This document shows, one piece after another, positions 1 through 10,438 of a DNA stretch of 64,000 bases; the first letter of the stretch is position 1; the number at the start of each line of letters is the position of its first letter. The notes below the pieces were generated by a model. It saw only the letters and a program-made list of their open reading frames with translations. It searched no databases and was not told where the DNA came from. This stretch comes from Histomonas meleagridis 2922-C6/04-290x (Eukaryota; Protista; Parabasalia): assembly GCA_020184695.1 (NCBI GenBank), contig JAANOX010000149.1, positions 62,001-126,000 on the forward strand, read 5' to 3'. Made by a program: the position numbers and the translations under genes.

Positions 1-413
1 TAACAATCTTCAAAATATTTATGTATCAATTGAAAATGAATTTTATTCCAATTATAATAAAGATGGAATTCTTTATAACAAAAATTTAACGACAATTAAT
101 ATTTATCCAATTGGAAAAAACATTGAAACATTTAGAATTCCAACAACAATTGAAACAATATGTGAAAGAGCATTCTATGGTGTACTCATTTAGTAACAGT
201 TTTCATTATGAAAATGTCAACAAAATCGAAAGCTATGCATTTGGAGATCGTGCAAATTTGAAATGTATTTATTATTATGGTGATATGGAACCAGAAACAG
301 AATCCAATTCATTTTCAGGAGTTGGGATTTTTTTCTTATCACTAAATTTATTGATTGATCTTAGATATCTGAGCGAAGAGATCTACTCAAAAAAGATTAC
401 ATACAAAATATAA
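1..413 (+). pseudogene. BspA-like leucine-rich-repeat surface protein relic
   Basis: Broken frames give BspA-type LRR snippets (DGILYNKNLTT, TICERAFYG, KIESYAFGDRANLKCIYYYG, NSFSGV) separated by frameshifts and stops. Confidence 0.5.
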
Positions 414-1722
414 GTGATGCTTTATATTTTATTGCACTCTCTTAAAACCAACAAATAAAATGCTTTTTAATTCTGAAATTTATTTGAATTAAAACAAGAT
501 ACATCATAATGTAAATCTTTTTGAATTTACGATCAAGTAATTATTATGATAATTTCATTCATAATTATAATGAAAACATAATAAAAAGTAAAATACAATT
601 TATTAAAACAAAAAACACACATACTTAAAGAGTTGTGGAATAATATGTGCCACTTCTGCTTTGTATATCATTTTCATTATCATTGAGTATATTTATGAGC
701 ATTTTGCTGTCTTCTTCCAAAATCTTTACTAAATTTGTAATTTCTTTTTGCACATTATTTGATAATATTTTCATTGCATAAGAAAAAATTATTTAATTCC
801 ATATTTTCTATTTGCATATATTATATCGCTGAAATTATATCTCCGAATGATTTTATATTTAAAACATTCGAAATTTTTTTTATATATGTTTTCATATTTA
901 TGTAATAAATTTCTTTGATTCGATATTTTTTCGAAAAAACAAAATTTGTTCAAAAATGATTTATTGTTTATAAACATTTTCGTTATGAACTTTTTTGCTT
1001 AATAAATTCATATGCTTTAGTTTCAATTTAACACAACATTTTTGTCGCGCTCATTATAAATGCTTTCAGTTTTTGTTCTTTATTAAATATTTCGTTTTGT
1101 AGTTCATTGATTAAACTTGTTCTTTAAATCATTGTTTTCTTCTTTAATAAAATCTTTTTGCTTGTTTTCATATGTTATTTTAGTTTGAATATCTGTTAAT
1201 TGTTTCTTCAAAATATCAGTATCATTTAGTAAATTTTCTTTTTCTTTAGCTAGAAAGAAAGAAATCAGCTAAATCAGCGAGCTTTATTTTTAATCTCTGA
1301 TTCTTTTTATTTAATTTTTCTTCTTCATTATATTTAACATAATTTTGTTTTTGAATTTCTTCCTAATGTTCAGTTCAATGAACATTGTTCATATCTTTCT
1401 TTTGTTCAAAACACAGAGAATGTCATGAAATATTCCCCAGTATACTGGCTGAGCACGATTTCAAAGCCAATTTCATTGAATTGACCATCGATGTAAAAAC
1501 CGAATTTTCACCAAAAAAATTGAATGAAAAGTTTAATAATTATTGAATACATGTATTGTATATGTGTGTCATAAATAAACAACAGATCAAAGAGCTTGAA
1601 TTTAACCGTTAGTAATAGAAATTGGTATCAAAAAGCTGGTACGATACAAGTGGTTCTTTGTTTGGTCGGACCACCCCGAGCTTGGCGTACGTTATGCCCT
1701 TGTTGAGTTGACTTCACATTTA

Positions 1723-2370
1723 ATGTTATCCATTGCATCACGTTGCTCTGGAGGACTTTTTAGAGGATTTGCAATGACTCCAAATGCAAGCCAGTTAAAA
1801 ACAGAGAAAGAAAAGATGCTTGCTGGTGAAATGTATAATCCATCTGATCCAGAACTCTTATTCCTCAGGAAACAATGTCGCCAAAACATTGAAGAATTCA
1901 ATAAGTCAAGTGTTAATGATATGGGTGGAAGAAAGAAAGCAATGGCAAAATTATTTGGAAAAGACTATCCAGATTTATATATTGAACCACCATTTTATTG
2001 TGACTATGGTATAAATATCAAGCCCAAAGGTAATGTTTACTTTAATTACAACTGTATCCTTCTTGATGTATGTCCAATTACAATTGGTAATAATACAATG
2101 TTTGCACCCAATGTTGGAGTTTACACTGCAACTCACCCAACTGATGCCAAAACAAGAAATTCCGGGAGAGAATATGCTAAGCCTATCACAATCGGTGAGA
2201 ATTGTTGGATTGGAGGAAGTGCTACAATATGTCCTGGAGTAACAATTGGTGATAACAGCGTCGTTGCGGCTGGAGCTGTTGTTGTTAAAGATGTTCCGCC
2301 AAACTGCATAGTAGCTGGAGTTCCTGCTAAAATCATAAAAAGATTACCGCCTCCAGAGGCAGACAAATAA
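1723..2370 (+). CDS. maa: Maltose/galactoside O-acetyltransferase (hexapeptide LbH fold) with short N-terminal extension
   Basis: TEKEKMLAGEMY, IEPPFYCDYGINI, hexapeptide repeats (ITIGNNTMFAPNV, ITIGENCWIGGSATICPGVTIGDNSVVAAGAVV), GVPAKIIK. ATG at 1723 follows an Inr-like TCACA at 1714-1718; the ORF-track start at 1708 is TTG. Confidence 0.85.
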   Translation: MLSIASRCSGGLFRGFAMTPNASQLKTEKEKMLAGEMYNPSDPELLFLRKQCRQNIEEFNKSSVNDMGGRKKAMAKLFGKDYPDLYIEPPFYCDYGINIKPKGNVYFNYNCILLDVCPITIGNNTMFAPNVGVYTATHPTDAKTRNSGREYAKPITIGENCWIGGSATICPGVTIGDNSVVAAGAVVVKDVPPNCIVAGVPAKIIKRLPPPEADK

Positions 2371-2833
2371 AAATAAAATATTAAAATTAAAATGGCGTGT
2401 TGTAAAATTTTGATATCTATGTATAAATCATATATTTCATATATTCTCAAATCTTCTTTAATAAACATATTATTTCCTTCAGTGAAATATATTGGCTAAA
2501 AATCATATTTTTTATAAAATGAAATATATTAATTCATCAAAATGATTCAAATTAATTTACTTTATTTTGTTAAAATCTTCTTATACATATATTTGTTCAA
2601 ATTGACTTATTGGTTAAATAAGTTTTTTGTTCTTTTTTTCGATTCAATTAAATTATTTCATTTCTCAAAAAAGATAATTTCTTGTACAAAATTACTATAA
2701 TGCAATAAGATCCCTTCTTTAATAGCTGATAATAATTGTTTTTATTTTGAATTTCGATAGTATCTGAATCATTAACATTCTTAAACACGAAATTCATAAG
2801 TTACAAAAATATTTTTAAAATTCTTTGGAAAGT

Positions 2834-3694
2834 TTACTTATCATTAGTTCCTATTGCAGCGCGTGCAATTTGGATATTTTCTAGTATCTGTTTGTGGATT
2901 GCAGGCGTTGCACAAACAAGTGAAAGAATTGGCTGCTGCAATGACTCGCGCGTGAATCCTTTTCCATCATAGTGGGTGACGAGGCATCCGGCCTCCGTTG
3001 CAACAAGCCATCCGGCTGCAACATCCCATATGTGAGGTCCGAGTTCCCAATATCCATCTAATCGGGCAGCGGCAACGTAGCAGAAATCAAGACAGGCACT
3101 GCCAAGACGCCTTAAGCATCTGATTTTAGGAAGAATCTGAGCGATTTCTTTGAGGTTGTTATCTGATGAATGAACATGACCTGGATTGAAACCTGTGACA
3201 AGAAGACATTTGATAAGCTCAGTGTTACACCTGGCATGGAGTTGCTTTTTACCTTTTGGAGATTCAAGGAAAGAGCCTTTGCCTTTGATGGCAGAAAACA
3301 TTTCATCACGATTTGGATCATAGACAACTCCTACAAGAGGTTGGAAGTTACAATCAAGGGCTGCAATACTAACTGAGAAGATTGGTAAGTTACAAGAGAA
3401 GTTTGTGGTTCCATCTAATGGATCAGCACATAACCAAATTTCATCAGGACCAGGATGAGCTGGTTGAACAGAACTACCTTCTTCTGTAATGACACCAAAA
3501 GTTGGGAAATTTTTGGCAAATTGTTCACGAATGAACTTATCGCTTTCGAGATCTGCATCTGTAACAATATCTGCAGATGTGGCTTTTGTATTTTCGTGGA
3601 GTTGGTCAGATTCAAAATACTTCATAAGGATTTGACCTGAACCACGAGCAATTTCTTTGAGTTTATTGCATATTTGTTCAAAGTCAACGCTCAT
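2834..3694 (-). CDS. Inositol monophosphatase family protein
   Basis: Motifs VTDADLESD, EE..., ADPLDGTTNF, RRLGSACLD and WDVAAG are diagnostic of the IMPase/SuhB family. Confidence 0.9.
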   Translation of the reverse strand: MSVDFEQICNKLKEIARGSGQILMKYFESDQLHENTKATSADIVTDADLESDKFIREQFAKNFPTFGVITEEGSSVQPAHPGPDEIWLCADPLDGTTNFSCNLPIFSVSIAALDCNFQPLVGVVYDPNRDEMFSAIKGKGSFLESPKGKKQLHARCNTELIKCLLVTGFNPGHVHSSDNNLKEIAQILPKIRCLRRLGSACLDFCYVAAARLDGYWELGPHIWDVAAGWLVATEAGCLVTHYDGKGFTRESLQQPILSLVCATPAIHKQILENIQIARAAIGTNDK

Positions 3695-3890
3695 TTAAAT
3701 AGACACTTTTTGCAGTGAAAAATAAACGGTCGAATATACTTTATCTTTTACTTTGTGGAAAATTTTGAAACAGACTTGCTCTATTTATAGATATAATTAT
3801 GATTTTGATCCAAATTTGGATTGAAAAATATTTCATAAAAAATATTTTAAGATCATTGTTTTAATTAATAACAAACAAAATTTAGAAAGA

Positions 3891-4652
3891 TCACAAAGGT
3901 TCTATTGGATGCACTGTTTGCATTTGAAGTGATTTTGGCATGTTACGTTCAGGTTTAAACTTATGCGTGATCCCAACAACATGAGAAGCATTAGTAGAAT
4001 TGAATGAAATAAAAGCTTCTTCTTCAGATATTCTTCTTTTAATATCTACCTCATTTAACTCAGAGTTCATTCTTTGTAACAGTTCATCAATCTCAGCTTG
4101 GTGGCGTGAAATCATATTTTTCATTCTGTTTTCATAGTAATTGTCAGATTTGATTTTAAGGGTATTACTAAATTCACTTTGCTCTTGCATTGCTTTGTCA
4201 CGAATGGTAATTGCTTTACGGTATTTTCCTTGGGATGCAACAATTTGAGCTGTTCTCATTACATTATCAAAACTATTCTGTGTTTCTGTAATAATAGAGG
4301 AATGAGCATCTTGCCATTGCTTAGCCAAGTTTTCTATTTCTATTTCTTGCCTTTTTTTTAATTTGTTGAATATTTTTTGATATCTTTGCCTGATGAAATT
4401 TAATGTTTTCTCATTTTTATTTTGCTTACTTTGGACACGACTATTATATCTATTGGCTAGGTTTTGATTACCATTTAAATAATCATCTACAATATGACCA
4501 AGATTGATTTCTTCTTCATAATTCTTAAAATCCTGTATTAATTTGTTGTACTTCTCAGCGGCTGCGAAATCCCCTTCTTTCATTGCTTGAGCATGCAATT
4601 CTTCAGCTTCTTTTAGTGATTTAGGTCTAGTTTTTTTGTTTGTCTTGCTCAT
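3891..4652 (-). CDS. Hypothetical coiled-coil protein
   Basis: Long open frame, heptad-rich (E/K/Q); first ATG (MSKTNKK) at 4652. Confidence 0.6.
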   Translation of the reverse strand: MSKTNKKTRPKSLKEAEELHAQAMKEGDFAAAEKYNKLIQDFKNYEEEINLGHIVDDYLNGNQNLANRYNSRVQSKQNKNEKTLNFIRQRYQKIFNKLKKRQEIEIENLAKQWQDAHSSIITETQNSFDNVMRTAQIVASQGKYRKAITIRDKAMQEQSEFSNTLKIKSDNYYENRMKNMISRHQAEIDELLQRMNSELNEVDIKRRISEEEAFISFNSTNASHVVGITHKFKPERNMPKSLQMQTVHPIEPL

Positions 4653-4680
4653 GAGTAACTGAATTAACGTACACATTACA

Positions 4681-4719
4681 AAACCGTTTATTTCAATGTG
4701 TTGTTTCTTTTAACGGTTT
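4681..4719. promoter_or_regulatory. Bidirectional core promoter with two opposed AACGGTTT (M3/Myb-like) motifs
   Basis: AAACCGTT at 4681-4688 and AACGGTTT at 4712-4719 each point toward one of the divergent ATGs (4652, 4755). Both fit the T. vaginalis M3-type consensus HRCSGTTD. Confidence 0.5.
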
Positions 4720-4754
4720 CAATACAATATTGTATTTTTTGCCACTTTTGCGGA

Positions 4755-6404
4755 ATGGATCAAATTGCAGAATTAAAAGAAATATGTGACAAAATTCAGA
4801 GTCAAGACCTTTCAAATGATTTAATGGAGGAGCTAATCAAAACAATTGATGCCATTCCAAGCGTTTTAGCCAGTTCTTCCGATTCTTTTCTAAACAAATT
4901 AAAAATGTTATTTGATTCTAATTTATTTAAAGCAATCGAATCTATTTCCAAAAAGTCAATTGATGGCAAATATCAACTTAAAATTTTGCATTTTTGGGAC
5001 TTCTTAAACCAAACAAGCAATTCAAAAGAAGAATTTTCCATTTTATTTTTAGATGATTTTACAAATCAGTTGATTTCTAATAGCACCAATGCATTTGACT
5101 TAAATTCCACCGAAGTGCGTCAAGCTCTTTCTACAGTTTTTAAAGGAATTTCAATGAAGATGAATCTTGTTGATCCAAAACTTCTTTTTGACAAAGATGG
5201 GGAATGCCCTTTATTTTCTCATTCGCTACAGTTTTTAAGTGATGAGAATTCTGTTTCCGTTTCTGCAGCACGTTATATTTTATTAAATTTTTGTTTATTT
5301 AAGAATCCATCTACTCAAGCTCTACTAACAGAAAACAAATCGTTTGTTTTCATTGGCAAATTATTCGAAAACATGAACGATGATACTCTTGACTTCATTA
5401 ATGACCTTTTAGATGTTGCACCCGAAGAATTGGGGCAGTTCATTCTGTGTAAAATAAAGAAAAAGTTGCAAATAGCCGAATTAACGGTCTTCGCTCGAGC
5501 TGTTTCTTTTTTGGCTAATGGCAAAGCAAGATCCATTGTAATCAAAGCTGTTTCCAAACGAATCCATTCTTTCCCAATTACTCAACCACTAACACTTGCG
5601 TTACTTTTATATAGCTTGCAAAACCATTTAATTTTGTATGATCTTGCAATTAAACTCGGTTTAATTAGCTCAGATGGTGAAATAATAAAGTTCTCTAACA
5701 AATCAGCACCTGTGCCACCAGCTAGCTTCTTCGAAGAGATTGTAATTGTTTTAAATCAAAAAATATCTTCAATTGAATCCATTTCACTCTCACTTCAAAT
5801 CATATCTTTACTTCAGCCTCAGATAAACCCAACTGTTTTTGTCATCAACGACGAGTTAATTCAATCAATTCGTGAAATGCCAACAGAATCAGTCATCCAA
5901 TCTCTTTTGCAACCACTTCAACGACAGCGCCATGATCTAAAATATCATTTAGAACGAGCCTCTAACAACGACAAGGTCACTTCAGTTACAAAAGAATATC
6001 AAGCGATACAACAATTATATGAAATTCAAATCTATTTATGTAACAAAATGAAGAAATCATTTCCAAAGTTTTGTTTAAATGATCTTCAAGGGGCCGAAAG
6101 AGAAGAATATGAAACTTCTTCAGAAGGTAAAAAAGTTACATTAACACCAGCATCAATAACTTATGGCGAAAACCAATTCAATCTCTCGAGTATCTATGTT
6201 TCATATAAGAACAATAAGCCAAACAAAAGGGTTCGAGTTTTCATTGTTAGAAAAAATGGAAAATTAAAGACGAAAACGGAGGAAATAATAATTGAGTTCC
6301 TGAATTCGTCAGTTTCAAACGCTTTCATGAAAAATGTTAACAGATTTCATAAGGGAATGATTGACATTTTCTTGGATTCGCTTGTGAAAAGAGACACGAA
6401 ATAG
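4755..6404 (+). CDS. FPL-domain (CLEC16A/TT9-like) protein
   Basis: FDLNSTEV..LSTVFKGISMKMN...ECPLFSHSLQFLSDENSVSVSAARYILLNF resembles the FPL domain (FPLY..A..F..H.ESMVRIAVRTITLN). First ATG at 4755. Confidence 0.6.
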   Translation: MDQIAELKEICDKIQSQDLSNDLMEELIKTIDAIPSVLASSSDSFLNKLKMLFDSNLFKAIESISKKSIDGKYQLKILHFWDFLNQTSNSKEEFSILFLDDFTNQLISNSTNAFDLNSTEVRQALSTVFKGISMKMNLVDPKLLFDKDGECPLFSHSLQFLSDENSVSVSAARYILLNFCLFKNPSTQALLTENKSFVFIGKLFENMNDDTLDFINDLLDVAPEELGQFILCKIKKKLQIAELTVFARAVSFLANGKARSIVIKAVSKRIHSFPITQPLTLALLLYSLQNHLILYDLAIKLGLISSDGEIIKFSNKSAPVPPASFFEEIVIVLNQKISSIESISLSLQIISLLQPQINPTVFVINDELIQSIREMPTESVIQSLLQPLQRQRHDLKYHLERASNNDKVTSVTKEYQAIQQLYEIQIYLCNKMKKSFPKFCLNDLQGAEREEYETSSEGKKVTLTPASITYGENQFNLSSIYVSYKNNKPNKRVRVFIVRKNGKLKTKTEEIIIEFLNSSVSNAFMKNVNRFHKGMIDIFLDSLVKRDTK

Positions 6405-6561
6405 AACAAACAACAATCATAATGTTATTAAATCGCACTTTTTCAATTATATTGTAAACTCCTTATCGCCTTATTCAAAAATTCACAACTTTATTGTTTT
6501 CATCTAACTTAGTTTCGAAGAAAATAAATTTTAATGAACAAAATATTTAATCAGAAGTGTC

Positions 6562-7293
6562 ATGACAATCGATTCATATAGCGGCCAAACATTGTGCGGT
6601 ATAAATGCAAGTAAAGGAACAGTCATTGATGAATGTCTCCCACCAACGCAATCGTTCACACAATCGAACACATACTCAAACACATTTACCAAGTCTAATA
6701 CATTAACTAAGTCAAATGCATATACTAAATCTAATCCACTAACGAAGTCATGTGAAATTTCATTTGTTGTTTCGAATTCATTTACTTTTTCATATTCGAA
6801 TAGTATAACATTAACGAATACAATCACATTAACACAATCATTATCTATTACGCAAACAATAAGTATTTATAATTCGACGTATTCGAATTCATTTTCTGTT
6901 TCTATTTTTAATTCTGTATTAACATATGTTTTGAGTGAATTTATTTATTACAAATATACTGTTATTGTATATTCGACTTATTACATATATTATAGTAATT
7001 TCTTTACAATTATATATCAAAATGAAAATATTAAAGATGATAATAAAAATACAATAATAATTATAAGTGTTTGTGTTGTATTTGTCGTAATTGTAATAAT
7101 TGCAATACTTATCATAGTTTTGGTGCGAATTCACAATAAAAAGCAAATAAGTAATGAACAAGAAGCAAAAAGTTTCGAAGAAAATCAAAATGAAAAAGAA
7201 AATACATTTGCATTGGGAACATCAATGAATAATATTGATGAAGACCCATATGCTGATGATTTTAAAGAAGAAAAATTCATTAATCATATTTAA
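6562..7293 (+). pseudogene. 5'-truncated BspA-like/surface protein C-terminus (S/T-rich stalk, transmembrane helix, acidic tail)
   Basis: SVMTIDSYSGQTLCG..C.PPTQSFTQSN stalk, hydrophobic IIIISVCVVFVVIVIIAILIIVLV, and tail DPYADDFKEEKF. No signal peptide and stops just upstream. Confidence 0.55.
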
Positions 7294-7659
7294 ACATTTG
7301 CTTAATTGAGTAAAAAAAATCGGTAAAACTTAAATTTACTCGTCGAATAAGATTTTTCTCATGAGATAAGTTGTTTTTTTTATTTAACTGCATAATATCA
7401 CTGCTAACCTGTTAGATATGGACATTAATATATCAGAATCAGAACTTCAGCAAAATTTAAATTTTCAAGGAATTTTTTATGTAATTGCATAATATCACCC
7501 CCCAGCCACTCATAAGCCTTAAGTCCAAAGTGTCAGATTTAATACTAATTTCATAAGTTAACGGTGACATTTCTGTCATATCGTATATCTATCGTCAAAA
7601 GTGAATGTTTATGTAAAATATATGAATACTTTACATATATGTAAATGGTCACAAAATTT

Positions 7660-7709
7660 AATTCTCAGAAAACTTTTTAATAATAATTTTGTGTAACAAC
7701 TTTTTCAAT
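7660..7709. repeat. 50-bp inverted repeat, left copy (partner 10117-10166), flanking the tyrosine recombinase gene
   Basis: AATTCTCAGAAAACTTTTTAATAATAATTTTGTGTAACAACTTTTTCAAT is the reverse complement of 10117-10166 with 1 mismatch. Confidence 0.9.
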
Positions 7710-7752
7710 CTCATATAAAAAATTATATGGACAAATTTAAATTGAGTTTTAA

Positions 7753-8664
7753 TTAAATTTTTACTGTAATTGCATCTCCAGCCTCAACCATTTGGATAGA
7801 AGTATAACGCTGATAGCATGAAGAAATCCATCTTCCTTGGGCTTTAATTTTGCAATCAGCAATTCCAGCCAATGATGCTTCATGAGCGGCCCCTTTACGA
7901 AAAGAATGTGTTGAATAACTCTCTGGATTCACTCCAATTTTTTTAAGTTGCAATTTAAACTTTCTCCTAACTGTTCTATCACATAATGTAAAGACATTCG
8001 ATTCTTCATTTATATAACTTAATTCTTTCCATTTTGGTAACCATAGAAAAGGGGAATATATTGTGTTTGAACGCCAAATGTACACATTTACTCTCCTCCC
8101 TGTTTGATCTGTTCTAGAATAAGGAATGAGTAATACCAAACGTCCGTCCTGATCATATGTTATTTCTTTCCACATTAATCTGCACGCCTCAGAAATTCGT
8201 AAAAAACCATAAATGCACAAATCTTCTATTGTCATAAGTTCTATTTCATTTTTTACATTTTGATTAGTACTTTTTGCAAGTCTTATCATAAGTTGTATTG
8301 TGACATACTTTTTCGCATTTGGAGATGTATCCCCCTTTATTATTCTTTTCAAGCCAAGCATGTACGACATAAAATTATATGTTTTCGTAAAATCATCTAA
8401 GTTATTTTATCTTAAATAAGATACAACAGCTGAGACGAATGATTTAAGGTAGGAATAGGTTGTTTGAGGGTGTTGACTTCTATAGAATTCCAAAAAAGCA
8501 CGTAATTTATTCTCAGTAATGGGATATGATTCGGGTGCATTAGGAATTTGATTCATTGTATTTTCATATGAACGCAACAAAGAATTATATGTTCTTTGTG
8601 TGTTTTCAGCAATCCTTTGTTGTTCAACAGATACATTAGCTTGAACTAAACTATTAAGATCCAT
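7753..8664 (-). pseudogene. Tyrosine recombinase (DIRS/Crypton-like, N-terminal SAM-like + catalytic domain) with one in-frame TAA
   Basis: ORFs 8407-8664 (MDLNSLVQ...ENTQRTYNSLLRSY) and 7753-8370 are in one frame, separated by a single TAA at 8407-8409. Catalytic motifs YGFLRISEA, HSFRKG and GRW.S..YQRY are present. Confidence 0.85.
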
Positions 8665-8798
8665 GTGGTAGCTCATGGACCACTGTGTGGTAAGAGAAAA
8701 TCCGTACGACTTCACCTTTCCCCACTTTTTGATAGACCACATAGAAATGTTATATGAGTTCATACAAAAAGCTGTATTGAATGGTTTATAATAAAACA

Positions 8799-8840
8799 CC
8801 GATACAACTTTTTGAGAGTACTATCAAAAAGTTGTATCGG
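8799..8840. repeat. 42-bp near-perfect palindrome inside the transposon
   Basis: CCGATACAACTTTTTGA-GAGTACTA-TCAAAAAGTTGTATCGG. Confidence 0.9.
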
Positions 8841-9005
8841 TCCGTCGTCTATATGCAAGAGAATATTATTACATATAGATGCACATTGGAATTCAAATTT
8901 GACCAGCCTATCGGGAACCTGGAAATTAAGCAATTCCAAGTCATATCAGTACCAGGCCAAAATAAACGTTCTCATTAAAAATAGGGTGGATTGAGATGCG
9001 ATTTA

Positions 9006-9914
9006 TTAAACCGACTCAATTATGGCATCATCTTGACCTGTGTACTTCACCATGGTGTTCCATGCTTCAAGGGGAGTCATGTTTTGACCAGTTAGCTTCT
9101 TCAGGCTTCGATGATTCCAATAGGTATTGTACTCATTGATCGTTTCTTGGATCTTCTCGAGACTCCACTTAAATAATGGACCTCTAGCTCTCTCGATCGT
9201 AGACCAAAATCTTTCTATCTTCCCATTCTGCTGGGGGAGTATAAGGGTGAGTACGGAATTCTTCTATCCCATTTGCACTTAGAACAATTTGGAAAGGATT
9301 TCCAACAAACTCTCCACCATTGTCAATGGCGAGCATCTTTGGTCGAAACTGCACCTTGTTCAAAGCTCTCTCGAGTGCCTCGCTACAGAGTTTCGAATCC
9401 TTGCTTGCGAGAACTTCATAGTGCAGTAGAAAGCGTGTACGATCATCGATGAAGCCAAGGAGATAGAATTGATTATCATCAATTCTAACATAGTGGATAT
9501 CAGCATGCCATAGTTGCCCAGCATAACGAACAACAAAGAGGCTATTGTGCTCATTAGGTTTCTTCGGTGGCTTGTGGTAGTTAAATAGGTTCTGCTCTCC
9601 GAAAAAAACTTTCGAACATTCCATTCAGTGGCTGAAAATCCCTTCCGTTTGGCAACTCCAGCAACTCGCTGATATCCGGCACCATGGTAGTCGCTCTTGT
9701 ATCCTTGGATGTAGCTGATCGTTTCTTGACTTGCATTGTTCGCAGGTCTTCCTCTTCCTGGAATTGGGATATTGGCTTGTTGGCATATGGCTCTGAGTCT
9801 CTCTCTCCCAACAAAGAATATCTTCATGGTTGCCTCAACTCCATTCTCTTCAATTGACCTGCGGAATGCATCTAAATCAATTCCATCGCATGGATCAATA
9901 AGTTTCCTGAACAT
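9006..9914 (-). pseudogene. IS481/rve-family DDE transposase with two homopolymer frameshifts
   Basis: Joined frames give WHADIHY (D), IDNGGEF (D) and HPYTPQQNGKIERFW (E). Shifts fall in an A-run near 9605 and a G-run near 9235. Confidence 0.85.
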
Positions 9915-10116
9915 TAAATAAATATCTTATGAAAAAGTGATATTGATAAATCTCATATAATATATTAATTGTGATTATGAAAAAGCGGGAATTATAAACC
10001 ATTCAATACAGCTTTTTGTATGAACTCATATAACATTTCTATGTGGTCTATCAAAAAGTGGGGAAAGGTGAAGTCGTACGGATTTTCTCTTGCAACAGCT
10101 CATGGACCACTGGTCT

Positions 10117-10166
10117 ATTGAAAAAGTTGTTACACAAAATTATTATCAAAAAGTTTTCTGAGAATT
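10117..10166. repeat. 50-bp inverted repeat, right copy (partner 7660-7709)
   Basis: ATTGAAAAAGTTGTTACACAAAATTATTATCAAAAAGTTTTCTGAGAATT. Confidence 0.9.
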
Positions 10167-10167
10167 C

Positions 10168-10216
10168 AATTATACCTACACTTTTTGAGCTTCGCTCAAA
10201 AAGTGTCCGTATAATT
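10168..10216. repeat. Hairpin / candidate recombinase core site
   Basis: AATTATAC-CT-ACACTTTTTGA-GCTTCGC-TCAAAAAGTGT-CC-GTATAATT: 11-bp arms around a 7-bp centre, plus outer 8-bp arms. Confidence 0.8.
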
Positions 10217-10350
10217 TTAAATTATAAATTTTTGATATTGTTTCGAGCGATCATTTTTACCATAAAATGTCTATCGTCCGCTATCGTAAATAACGTATTT
10301 TTACCGGGGCGTAGTTCATTTTATGAATTTGTGACCCCTTTTCACAAAAA

Positions 10351-10438
10351 AATTTGGAATATGTTTTAATAATTTTGGATATGTTTTAATAATTTGAAAT
10401 ATGTTTGAATAATTTGGAATATGTTTTAATAATTTGAA
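10351..10438 (+). repeat. Tandem 20-mer (AATTTGGAATATGTTTTAAT, ~4.4 copies) derived from the ankyrin spacer 3' motif
   Basis: Units at 10351, 10371, 10391 and 10411, plus a partial unit ending at the ACA-GCA of an ankyrin cassette; about two more copies near 10538-10580. Confidence 0.8.

Larger units (their letters stand above)
8686..10097 (-). mobile_element. IS481EU-type DNA transposon (rve DDE transposase), 107-bp TIRs, 15-bp target-site duplication
   Basis: TG...CA ends; TIRs 8686-8792 and 9991-10097; direct repeat GCTCATGGACCACTG at 8671-8685 and 10098-10112. The family assignment is from known parabasalid IS481EU features. Confidence 0.85.

Noticed and set aside
1636-1692. Possible structured ncRNA upstream of the acetyltransferase (GTACG..GTGGTTC/GGACCAC..CGTAC)
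   Set aside because: The stems are short and show no tRNA, snRNA or snoRNA hallmarks; not distinguishable from chance.
7389-7498. 13-bp direct repeat TGCATAATATCAC as the left end or TSD of the YR element
   Set aside because: Both copies are on the same side of the element, and I found no counterpart on the right.
8407-8799. ORF-track 130-aa protein starting at 8799, and ORF 10043-10369
   Set aside because: Their N-terminal parts are just translations of the transposon TIRs; the real recombinase start is 8664.
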